This document shows positions 43,018 through 52,076 of a DNA stretch of 64,000 nt, one piece after another. The DNA lies in contig CAWFJP010000014.1 in assembly GCA_963816145.1 (NCBI GenBank), positions 685,705 through 749,704 of the forward strand, written 5' to 3'. The position numbers and the translations under genes are program-made. Origin of the DNA: an uncultured delta proteobacterium (lineage in GTDB: Bacteria > Desulfobacterota > Binatia > UBA9968). The notes beneath the pieces were generated by a model, which searched no databases, had not been told where the DNA came from, and saw nothing but the letters and a program-made list of their open reading frames with translations. Within the stretch, counting starts at the first letter, position 1. Each line of letters begins with the position of its first letter.

Positions 43018-43680
43018 TCAATCGACTTTTGCTTTTTGAAGCAATAATAATACGCTGTCTCGCCGCCCCGCATCTTGGATGTATTTCCGTAGCGTGCTGT
43101 AGTGCTTTGGTTCGTCATTTATGAGCTGGCTAACGCGGCCTTGAGATATCCCCAAACTGTTCGCCAATTTAGCTTGGCTAATGCTTTTCAATTTCTTTGG
43201 CGTGATACGACCTGAGAGATCGTCTTTGCTTTCCTGATTGTTTGGATAAATCACACTATCGATCTGTGTCATGGCGTCTTGCTTTAGAAAACGCTTAAGC
43301 TCCTTCCGTTTGTCCGTTCCAAGTCGTGGTTTCTGTGTGTTGCCGGGAGGATTTGCCGCCGCAACAATCAATCCTTCAAGTTCGGCAACATTCGCTGAAT
43401 TACTCAGAAAAAACAGGGTCATTGTTTCCCAGCTTTCTGCATGCTTATCCTTCAAATGTTGGTCCAACCTTTTTGGTAGAACAGAGGCCCTACCTGCGTA
43501 GTGCAGTCTGTCCCTTGAGTCGTACAACGCATATATTCCACGACTGTCGTCGGTTTGTCGTAAAAATTCCAAGAACGCGGGACGTTTCTCACCTTCAAGA
43601 AGAGCGCGATTAATTCGTCCCAGATGACTTTTTACAATTGATGGTGTTCTTTTCGCTTTGGCTTTCTTCTTCGCAGGCAT
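43018..43680 (-). CDS. GIY-YIG nuclease-like protein with C-terminal HTH
   Basis: GIYALY..HYAGRA..RL..H..E..N core; ISQAKLANSLGISQGRVSQL HTH. Confidence 0.7.
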   Translation of the reverse strand: MPAKKKAKAKRTPSIVKSHLGRINRALLEGEKRPAFLEFLRQTDDSRGIYALYDSRDRLHYAGRASVLPKRLDQHLKDKHAESWETMTLFFLSNSANVAELEGLIVAAANPPGNTQKPRLGTDKRKELKRFLKQDAMTQIDSVIYPNNQESKDDLSGRITPKKLKSISQAKLANSLGISQGRVSQLINDEPKHYSTLRKYIQDAGRRDSVLLLLQKAKVD

Positions 43681-44088
43681 AATTACCTTCGATTGTGCTC
43701 TCGATTGCAACGGCTTTCACGCGGTGGCGACATTTTCCGTGAAAAATCATGGCGTGAAACGTAGTCCATAAATCCCCGCGTTGTCAATCCGCATTTGTTC
43801 GCGCATTTGTTCGCGTTACTCGCAATATACTTGAATGGCACAGCTGCACCACACAGGATTGCACTGCTATAGTTTAATTCTAACGGATTAACTGCCGAGA
43901 ATTGAGCGTCGTGGTTGATGCCACGTGATTGACACGCCCACGAGTCGCCGTTATTCCCTGCCTGATGTTCAACCGTCTGCGAGCGTTGTTTTTAGTTTCG
44001 TGGAACCAGGATCACGTGGTGCACCGCGGCCCAAACAAGATGTCGCTTTCCTTACTATAGTACGACACCACCGAAGTGAGAAAAACTT

Positions 44089-44448
44089 ATGCGCAATCGG
44101 GGATATGTGATCGCTATACTTTCAACTTTATTGATAACAGCGTGTTCCAAGTTTGACTCTACCCCATCGGATACCGATGCCAAAAATGTCTTCCTTAACA
44201 GGTGTTTGGTAGAGTGGCTCAAGTACAAGGATGTCAGTATTTTAAGTTTCAGAAAAATTGAAACATCCCGCCCCAAACCAAACATATATGTAGTTGAATT
44301 TGAGGCAAGCTTTACTTTCAGTCAGTCAGGGACCGTCGATCCCGGTGTAAAACCAGGACAGTTAAAAACTCAGAAAGGTAAAATTATATTCCAGAAAACA
44401 GAAAGTGAGTGGCGACCGCTGGCCGGTGCCGAAGCATGCAACTCTTAA
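44089..44448 (+). CDS. Hypothetical lipoprotein
   Basis: Signal with lipobox ITAC. Confidence 0.6.
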   Translation: MRNRGYVIAILSTLLITACSKFDSTPSDTDAKNVFLNRCLVEWLKYKDVSILSFRKIETSRPKPNIYVVEFEASFTFSQSGTVDPGVKPGQLKTQKGKIIFQKTESEWRPLAGAEACNS

Positions 44449-44499
44449 TCAACAACCATTTTTCTTTCTGGCCGACCATATAAACCCGAACTGCTTCGA

Positions 44500-44620
44500 T
44501 AAGGTGCAACCTCTGCTAAAACCATTTCCGGCTGAGTTGATGGCAGCACACGAGATTTCCAATCGAATCAACAATCCAAAGTACGATGCGCCGGATCGTG
44601 TCGCGCCCGTGGAGGCATAG
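44500..44620 (+). pseudogene. Second SRAP C-terminal fragment
   Basis: LLKPFPAELMAAHEISNRINNPKYD..PV*. Confidence 0.65.
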
Positions 44621-44625
44621 AACCT

Positions 44626-44832
44626 ATGCAACAACACAACGGATTCTGGATTTCCGGGACTGCCGTCCCCGGCCCTCCCTACACGGATTACTGGACGCCA
44701 GCCGGTGCTGTTCTGTTTCAGCGCAACAACGGTTCCGTTGTGGAGCTGGTGCGGTTTAACCTAGAGAGTTTCGAGCTTGAAGATCAGGGTGTGGCGGTAC
44801 TCTTCGGGCTAGAACTGGCGCGGCTTTGGTAG
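44626..44832 (+). CDS. Hypothetical protein (possibly truncated)
   Basis: GGAGG RBS, 68 aa protein-like ORF. Confidence 0.45.
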   Translation: MQQHNGFWISGTAVPGPPYTDYWTPAGAVLFQRNNGSVVELVRFNLESFELEDQGVAVLFGLELARLW

Positions 44833-44856
44833 ACACTTCCTCGCGCGATACTGGCA

Positions 44857-45640
44857 AAGCAGCGGGATGAGCGACGAACTAATAAGCCGCCGTTTCGAGC
44901 GTTAAAGGCTGCGGAATTAGCTTCGATTCGATGAAATAGATGGAGAATTCAATCCTGGCTTCGCGTGGTCACTTGATACCGAGCAACTGGATTCATGCCC
45001 ACTCATCTCCTCATACGGAAAAAGGAAGTGATAATGCCAAATGCTGATTGCCAGCCGGTCGTTATGCTGCCTGATGGCGGCATTGGTCAAACATAACGTG
45101 CTCATGGTTATACATAGAAAAACACCGATCGATGCTACGTGGCATCGAGAGCATCGCGGTAGCTTTGAAATCTACTCCAAAGGCTTCGTCGACTAAGACG
45201 TCTTGTCAAGCAATCAGCCTCTGAGCAAACTCGCCATAGATTCAGCAGTGCCGAGTTGCTTGACAGTGCCGCAGTATAGCTAGCGACCTACGGACGACGC
45301 AGACACCGTAAGAGTTGACTGTAAGACTGAGCCCGAAGACAAGTTTGACTCGCCTATACTCGCTGCGATATGTGTCCGCGAATCCATGGCCCGGTACATA
45401 GCCCGAACCTGTCCCAAGTGCAGCGACAATTTTTGGGTCGTGGTGAATCAGACACCGCATTCCAACGGTGAACGTCCCATCAACGCTCTTTGTACGTTAT
45501 GCGGATTTCGGCTTGACGGTTGGCGGTTGATACGTCCCATACCGAACAAGCAGCGGGATGTTGAGCGACGAACTAATAAGCCGCCGTTTCGACGTTAAAG
45601 GATAGTGGAATTACGTCGATGAGATTAAACAGATGGTGAA
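44857..45640. repeat. Degenerate direct repeat of ~90 bp (44857-44950 and 45548-45640)
   Basis: Shared aagcagcgggatg..gagcgacgaactaataagccgccgtttcga..cgttaaagg..ggaatta..aaa[t/c]agatgg. Confidence 0.75.
45386..45598 (+). CDS. Small zinc-ribbon hypothetical protein
   Basis: CPKC...CTLC pair. Confidence 0.4.
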   Translation: MARYIARTCPKCSDNFWVVVNQTPHSNGERPINALCTLCGFRLDGWRLIRPIPNKQRDVERRTNKPPFRR

Positions 45641-46031
45641 TTTCAGTTTAACCCTACGGCAAAACGTCTTGATTTTCAGAGCTGCGCGAGATCGTTTCGC
45701 GTATCGTAAGCAGTGAGTCTTTTGGATAAGTAATTTTTGTTTTCTCCGTCGAATAGGTTTTGTGAGATTTGTTCGTCGCCTCATAAGTTCGATCCTGGAA
45801 CGGAGGCGGTAGGCCGTCAAGAATTGATCGTGACGCGGATGGCGTCGGAGTGTCGTTGCCAATTCCGGACCAACATGCTAGGTGTTTTTTGGGCCAAAAA
45901 AGACGGAATCTTCATCGGCTGCTTGGCGCTCGGATCAGACTGGCGTCGCCTCGTTAAAGAAATTTCCTAAAGTAGCCGGTTTAATCGTGTAGTCTATGGA
46001 TTAAGACAAGAGCGACAGGATGGATTTTGGG

Positions 46032-46391
46032 ATGAATATCAAAAAAAGTTTACTATTTGTAGCTCTATTGGGAATGGCTGGTTGTGAGGGGGTTAATTGG
46101 AATCAAGTCCTCGGCGGCCTCGGCCTCCAGAGGATGCAAATAGTATCTGCGACCTATGGACTGAACTGCGGCGCACCGCAGGGCAACGCAACTTCGCAAA
46201 TCACCAAGGCGTGCAGCAGCGCTACCACGAAATGTGACTACTTCATTGATGTCAACGCCCTCGGCGACCCAAAGCAGGGTTGTATGAAGACCTTCGAGGT
46301 TCAATATCAATGCTCGGGCGGCGCCACTCAAACCGTATCGGTCCCGGCAGAAGCTAATACCAAGACTGTCACGCTACAATGCACGAATTAG
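46032..46391 (+). CDS. Lipoprotein with SUEL/galactose-rhamnose lectin-like domain
   Basis: Lipobox MAGC; IVSATYG..C, C..C, LGDP..GC.K...V.Y.C pattern. Confidence 0.65.
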   Translation: MNIKKSLLFVALLGMAGCEGVNWNQVLGGLGLQRMQIVSATYGLNCGAPQGNATSQITKACSSATTKCDYFIDVNALGDPKQGCMKTFEVQYQCSGGATQTVSVPAEANTKTVTLQCTN

Positions 46392-46539
46392 TGCGCACCA
46401 ACGACCGAGATTGAACTGTTTTATCCTCTGATTAAATCTAACGCTTTCAATTTGACTCGCCCGTGGCCGCTGCGATATGCCTGCGGCCACCATGCCCCGG
46501 TATATACCCCGACAATGCCCTCGCTGCCATGACTACTTC

Positions 46540-47063
46540 GGCGTGGTCGTGAGCCAGGAGCCCAACAACAACGGTGACAGCGCGTCCCGAATGCGCCGCC
46601 CATTGGCGCCGCTTGAACAACAGCCCAATAGCGCTTGATCCACCGAGGCTCCACGCCGTTGATAGCGCCCGACCAACCCTCTCTGCCATTCCGTTTCTCA
46701 ACTGCCCTCGCTGATCCGGGCACGCGGTAGCTCAATCACCGTTGCTCCACGCCCGGTGCTGATCGATCGCTGGCGCTTGCCATTGCCATAGCCGCGACGA
46801 GCATCACTGCGCTCATAACTCCGAGCTGCCAAACCCTCCGCCAGTTCTGCTTCCGCCAACGTCATGATCATCTCGCGGACTTTGCCCCGTAGCGCTTCGG
46901 TCGATCGATCTCGACCGAATAGCTCTTCCATTGCTCCCGATCTTTGGTTACTTTCTCGCATAGGCGTATTCCTCCTCGGTCTGACTCACCCCATGAGCCA
47001 GTTGTTTTTGGGATACCGAGAGAATACGCCTTTCCCTTTTTCCACAACAAGCGGGACACAACC
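46540..47063 (-). mobile_element. IS256-family remnant (left end plus broken N-terminal transposase)
   Basis: Terminal GGTTGTGTCCCGCTTGTTGTGG at 47063; EAEL..YERS..RRGYGNG..R...LPRAR then stop/frameshift. Confidence 0.8.
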
Positions 47064-47128
47064 TGAATGGCGTCGGAACAAGTCAACGGGAATAAGGTCA
47101 TTTGCAGATCGACCATAAAGTTTTCAGC

Positions 47129-47473
47129 ATGTACTTAGACATACGCAAGATAATTTTGACCATAGGTATCCTGATGCTCGCAGCGTGCAGAACCGTGGGG
47201 CCAGTGACCTCCTACGGTATAGGGACCTATGTAGTTGGAACAGAGACGCATGGTTTTGAGAGTTGGGCCGAGGTCCAGGCTCTTAGCATCAACTCGGCGA
47301 ATGATTACTGCGCAAAGCAGGGGAAATTAATGACGCCTGTAAAAATGGATACACACGGCGCAAGAGGGTGGGGACCCATAGAAGCTGTGCTGACCTTCAA
47401 ATGTCTTTCGGCAGGTGATCCTGAATACAAAAGACCAAATATTGAGAATCAGGAATCAAGCGAGCCGCACTGA
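47129..47473 (+). CDS. Hypothetical lipoprotein
   Basis: Lipobox LAAC; AN.YC.KQGK..F.C. Confidence 0.6.
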   Translation: MYLDIRKIILTIGILMLAACRTVGPVTSYGIGTYVVGTETHGFESWAEVQALSINSANDYCAKQGKLMTPVKMDTHGARGWGPIEAVLTFKCLSAGDPEYKRPNIENQESSEPH

Positions 47474-47494
47474 ACTTACATAGGACGCTAACGC

Positions 47495-47660
47495 GTGGAC
47501 TTGACCCGCTTTCGTGGACACCTAGGCGTTACGGAATTCTTGCCCGAGTTTTCCCGCCACGACCGCGCCGTTGGCGTTTTCCTGTCCTCGGTAGCGGCAC
47601 GATTGAGGTGTGGCGTGCGCCACAACAACTGCCTGGAGCAGACCGGCGTGTCACTCTGTT
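47495..47660 (-). mobile_element. Probable IS3-family terminal remnant
   Basis: TGGACTTGACCCGCTTTCGTGGACAC resembles IS3-type ends; short decayed transposase-like C-terminus (TPHLNRAATEDRKTP). Confidence 0.45.
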
Positions 47661-48099
47661 CCACGGCCGGGCGATACCGTTTAATTGTACTGAATTCTCC
47701 GACAGTTCAATCGTAGAGGCTTTTCCTGCTGTCCGCCTTTTGTCCGAGAACTGGCTCCCAAGAGACCCAAACAAACCCAGTCACGTCAATACTAAGCAGC
47801 TAAGTTTATTGGGAATGCTTGGGTCTTCCTGGTTGCTGTGCGGCCTTCAACTCGATTCGTAATCGGTAGGGCCGTGGTCCCTGAACCTACGTTTGGAAAA
47901 TTTTTGGGAATTGGCCGGTGAGGGTCGGCCCTCCAGAATAGAGACGACAGACAATTGCGTGGACTTTTCTACGGCGGAAGGGAGCACAAATTCTCGAACC
48001 GAAACCGTTTCGGTTTTTGTGGGAATTGAGGGGTAAAATGCGGGACTATTCGGGAAACACTCACAAAGATCAACAAAGCCCTTTCCTCATAAATCTCAG

Positions 48100-49356
48100 C
48101 TAGTTCAGCCACGTTTGCGTTTCACCTTTTTTTTCTTCTGAGTAGTTCGAGTTCAGGTGGGCCCACCAACCCTTTTTTCTAGTGTTTTCAACCGTTTGCC
48201 ATGCCGTGGCCCGCCGCTTTTCTGGTTGGGTCACGATCGGGGTCACGATTCCGAGCATCTTAGCCAGCTGTTCCGCGGCATCATTGCGCACAGATCGCCG
48301 ATAGTATTTCTCGATCATCGCCACTGAAGTTCCGCAGTACTCGGCAAGCCACTTGATGTTGAAGCCATTGGCTAGGCCAGCGCTGATAAACATGTGTCGG
48401 CAAGCGTAGGGCTTGCGCTCGCGCACCTTGGCCGCTTTTAGGACTCGATACCAGACAGCGCCGCGCCAGGTGTGAAAGTTCAGCGCGTGGGCCTCCTGAT
48501 TGCCAAAAACAAAACTGTGCTCGGTGACGTGCAGCGGTTTAAGCTGGCGCAGCACTTCGACCACGGACGGTAAAAGCTTGATGCTGCGCTCGCTACCGGT
48601 GGTCTTGGGTAAGCCTTCGCTGGTTTGATAGCGGCTCTTCGAGATCGTGAGAAACCCGTCGCGGATGTCAACATCGCCCCAACGCAAGGCCAACAATTCG
48701 GAAGGGCGCGCGCCGGTGCAAAGCAAGACATGGGCGAAGGGGACATAGCAGGGGCTATGCTTGGCGAAGCTGGCAAGAATCGCGTCGCGTTCCAGATCGA
48801 TGAAAGGATCCGGTCGGTCTAGCTGAAGTCTCGGCCACGTCAACGCCTCGAAGGGGTCTTTTTCAATCAAGCCGTCGATCTTTCGCGCATCGCGCAGGCA
48901 AGCCTGGAAAGTGGCGCCGACCACGTTGCGAACGGTTTTCATGGCAAGCCCGCGCTCGTTTAACAAGTAGCTGCGAAGCTCTTCAAGGCGCCTTGGGATC
49001 ACGTCGATCAGATTCACGTTGCCGAAGCGGGGAAGAATACAGCGGTTGAAGTGGTCGCGATAGTCGCGCTCGAGCCCGGCGCACATCATGGACGGCTTCT
49101 TGCGACGGATCCACTCGGCGAAATAACCGGCCACGGTTTTATTGTCCGGCTTGATTTGCTCGGCTTCGTCATGGAACCAGTCGAGCGAAAAGGCTTTGTT
49201 CCTAATCCCTGCGCTGATGATGACCGCCAGCGCTTCGACCTCGCGGCGATTCTCCGGCGTGTCGGGCTTGCCGGTAGACGTCCAAATGTCGCGGCCCTCG
49301 AAATAGATTCGAACGGTTAGCATGCCGTGACGATTAACCGATACTGCGCGAGCCAT
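48100..49356 (-). CDS. Tyrosine integrase 2, apparently intact
   Basis: N-terminal arm-binding-like domain (STGKPDTPENR), SAM-like domain, TGARPSE, KT, PYACRH, EKYY. Confidence 0.9.
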   Translation of the reverse strand: MARAVSVNRHGMLTVRIYFEGRDIWTSTGKPDTPENRREVEALAVIISAGIRNKAFSLDWFHDEAEQIKPDNKTVAGYFAEWIRRKKPSMMCAGLERDYRDHFNRCILPRFGNVNLIDVIPRRLEELRSYLLNERGLAMKTVRNVVGATFQACLRDARKIDGLIEKDPFEALTWPRLQLDRPDPFIDLERDAILASFAKHSPCYVPFAHVLLCTGARPSELLALRWGDVDIRDGFLTISKSRYQTSEGLPKTTGSERSIKLLPSVVEVLRQLKPLHVTEHSFVFGNQEAHALNFHTWRGAVWYRVLKAAKVRERKPYACRHMFISAGLANGFNIKWLAEYCGTSVAMIEKYYRRSVRNDAAEQLAKMLGIVTPIVTQPEKRRATAWQTVENTRKKGWWAHLNSNYSEEKKGETQTWLN

Positions 49357-49725
49357 GGTTAGGAATACTTTGCACAACACCTTTCACGAGGGGAATAATT
49401 CGTAGCCGTCAGAGAAACGCGACTCTATTGCTCATCGCAATGTCTAGATCGCGCGTCAAAGAATAAAGCAGTAGTGCCAAGGAGAAAAAAGAAACGCTAA
49501 AAGTACAAAGGCCCGGGCAGCGTTGGCGCGCTGTTGTACCCGAGCCTTCGAACATCGAGGGGAATCCTGTGACAGAAACCACACCCGACAAGTCTTTTTA
49601 TACACCCGCCGACCACAACCCAAGCATGAGAGCAAGCCTCACTTGGCGTGGAGCAGACGGCACTGGAGCGAGGTGATTCTACCTAATCAACACGCCCCTA
49701 ATTCCTCTCATTCCTCCGTCCAGAA

Positions 49726-50622
49726 TCAATATTTAGTAAGTCCCCAATTAAAGCTGCCGGGAGAGTTGTTGCCGTCAAGGTTATTGTCGGAGAAAGTAGC
49801 GGCAATACCCGATCCATCAAAAGCGACTCCGATGTTGTTGCCCGAGATAATCGAGGTGCCGATACGAAGAACGCCCCCCGATGCGCTATACAGCCCGACG
49901 CCGTTATTGGTCACGATGCAGTTATCAACATTGGTCACTGCACCCGAGCCCTGCGCGACAATTCCGCCAATGGAATTGCCGGAATACACACTCCCGCGTG
50001 TAGTGACCCGGGTATTCGCTCCGGCATACAAGCCATACGCTTGATTCTCAACGGTGGTTTTCTCAATCACCGCATTCACTAATCCGCTGGAGGGGACGAT
50101 GTATACCCCAACATTGGAATTGTTTCTGAAATAGGTATTCTTAATGTAGGCCTCGCTCGCCGCAAGGATAACAATACCGTTTTGCATCCCAGAGATCACT
50201 GAGTCTTCAACGTGGAGCGATTCGCCGGCGAGAAACCTGATACCGTCGAGACCATTGCCCTTGCCGTTAATATCAAGCCCTCGGAGTATAATCCTATCGC
50301 TCGCGGCGGCATTAACGATGATCCCGTTTACTAATGAGGCAAGAACCCCACCCACGGTATGAACGCAATCGATGGTTATAGCCTTTGTTATTGTGACCGC
50401 GCCAAATCCGCCCGGGTCCAAGCAATTGATCTCGCCTCCGGCGGCGGTCTTTGAAATCGCTCCGGCGAAAGTCTTGCACGGCGCGGTGCGGCTGCATGGA
50501 TTGACGTCATCACCGACGCCTGACACCCACGTCCGCGTCGCCTGCGCATGGGCGAGCGCGGCGAAGAACCCACAGGCCGCAACTACTAACAAAGCGCTTA
50601 GGAACCGTCTCATCAGTTTCAT
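49726..50622 (-). CDS. Secreted right-handed parallel beta-helix (pectin lyase-fold) protein
   Basis: Signal ending AHA-Q; ATRTWVSGVGDD.NPCSRTAPCKT; N/G/I-rich beta-helix repeats. Confidence 0.8.
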   Translation of the reverse strand: MKLMRRFLSALLVVAACGFFAALAHAQATRTWVSGVGDDVNPCSRTAPCKTFAGAISKTAAGGEINCLDPGGFGAVTITKAITIDCVHTVGGVLASLVNGIIVNAAASDRIILRGLDINGKGNGLDGIRFLAGESLHVEDSVISGMQNGIVILAASEAYIKNTYFRNNSNVGVYIVPSSGLVNAVIEKTTVENQAYGLYAGANTRVTTRGSVYSGNSIGGIVAQGSGAVTNVDNCIVTNNGVGLYSASGGVLRIGTSIISGNNIGVAFDGSGIAATFSDNNLDGNNSPGSFNWGLTKY

Positions 50623-50941
50623 AAGTTTTCTTCTCCGATCTCCCTGTTTTAGCAGCAACAAATGTACCAGAGACGAAAATTGCTCAGAACAGCCAATCCG
50701 CTCCTCCAAGGTACCGACTACCGTTGCGGAGCCGCTCGCGCCGGTCCGTTGGCAACGATTTTTGGAATCGGAGTATTCTGGAACGAGCTATTCAAGATGA
50801 TAAGGGTTTTAGACTTGGTCCCAAGCGCGTTGAGCCGATGAACAATTAGCTGTTGCGATATATCCTTAAACTGGCATGCCCCAACAGTAGAGAAGCACCA
50901 GCGTTGCCGCCTCGCGCCGCTCTTTGATCGACGGCACTATG

Positions 50942-51109
50942 TCAACGACTTCGTCGTTCTCGATGACTTGCTCGCGAACCTTGCTCTCCGTGATGTCGAG
51001 AACCATTTTCCACGCCCGAAGCCCGCAGCTCTTTCGAACCGTCCGCGATTGTCCAAGCGCCTTCTTTCTGCCCGCCCGGGTTGCCTGATTGTCCTGGTTT
51101 GAATGGCAT
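50942..51109 (-). pseudogene. DUF5681-like (phage-associated) fragment
   Basis: MPFKPGQSGNPGG motif followed by non-protein-like sequence. Confidence 0.5.
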
Positions 51110-51357
51110 TGCTGTCAGTTCCAAAAATGCGCCGACACACACTTGTCGAACCGCGACGGTCACGGTCTTCGGCGGCAAAACCGGCTTTTTTTGGAGATAT
51201 TACGGGACCCGGTAGAGTAGGGGATAAATGAAACATTCTTCAATTTCTCCCATTACTTCGCGGCTTTTTGTTATGTGTGCTAGTAGATGCGACGGAAGGG
51301 GTTCGAGTCCAGGTGGTCCCACCAACTTTATCGGTGTAACGAACCCCTTCCCCGGGG

Positions 51358-51933
51358 TTGCAAGCCGCGGCGATCAGACGTGCGGTGCGCCGAGCGTCAA
51401 CTGGCGGCGCAAACGCGCGCATCGGCGTCGCCACCGCCGATCTCTACCTCAAATTCTCATTGCCGCGAACGATCGGGTTTGAGTCGCTCGCCTCCAATCA
51501 TTTGTTTACGGAGGGGAGCCGGGCGTGGAGCCTTGTCGGCAACTTTACCTGGACGATTTTCCAAGGCGGTGCCATCCGGCAAAACATCGAAGTGCAAAAC
51601 GCCCTGCAAGAACAAACTCTGATACAGTATGAGGCGACGATCATCACCGCCCTCGAAGATGTGGAAAATAGCGTGAGGGCCTTCGCGGAGGAACAAGAAC
51701 GGCGCGAGGCGCTTCTGCAAGCTACCCAAGCGGCGCAGCGCGCTGCAGAATCGGCGCGCGATCAATGCACATCGGGCTTGATCGATTTTCAGACCGTTCT
51801 TGATGCGGACCGATCAGCGCTAACGTCCCAAGAACAGCTCATGCAGAGCCGAGGGCAGGTCACGATTAATCTAATTAGTCTCTACAACGCCCTCGGCGAC
51901 GGGTGGAAGCCGTTGCCAGGAGCACCGCCATGA
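51358..51933 (+). pseudogene. C-terminal fragment of NodT/OprM outer-membrane efflux protein
   Basis: ARIGVATADLY, ALEDVENS, GLIDFQTVLDA, LYNALG.GW; N-terminal half absent. Confidence 0.8.
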
Positions 51934-52076
51934 GGCGCAGGATGATTTCGCAGTTGTCTATCGACACCGAGGGCGCCACTCGCGCGCTGAGCTTTGGCGG
52001 GAAAGCGATGGGGTTTCCAAGTCAGGGGCATCTTTAGTAAGCAAGGTATCCAATTGAAACACTGTAGGAGGGTACG

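Larger units (their letters stand above)
38931..48170. mobile_element. Genomic island 1 integrated at the tRNA 3' end (decayed)
   Basis: 26 bp direct repeat gttcgagt[c/t]caggtgggcccaccaac at 38931 and 48145; adjacent integrase; AT-richer cargo. Confidence 0.85.
48145..51328. mobile_element. Genomic island 2 (integrase plus one cargo gene), tandem with island 1
   Basis: att copies at 48145-48170 and 51300-51328 (28/29 identical to 38930-38958). Confidence 0.85.

Noticed and set aside
44857-45640. CRISPR-like interpretation of the direct repeat
   Set aside because: Only two degenerate copies ~690 bp apart and no cas genes.
46430-46495. Second attC candidate (atctaac.. with gtggccgc/gcggccac hairpin)
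   Set aside because: Box spacing is ~3 nt short, no matching R' end and no complementary GTTRRRY at the gene start.
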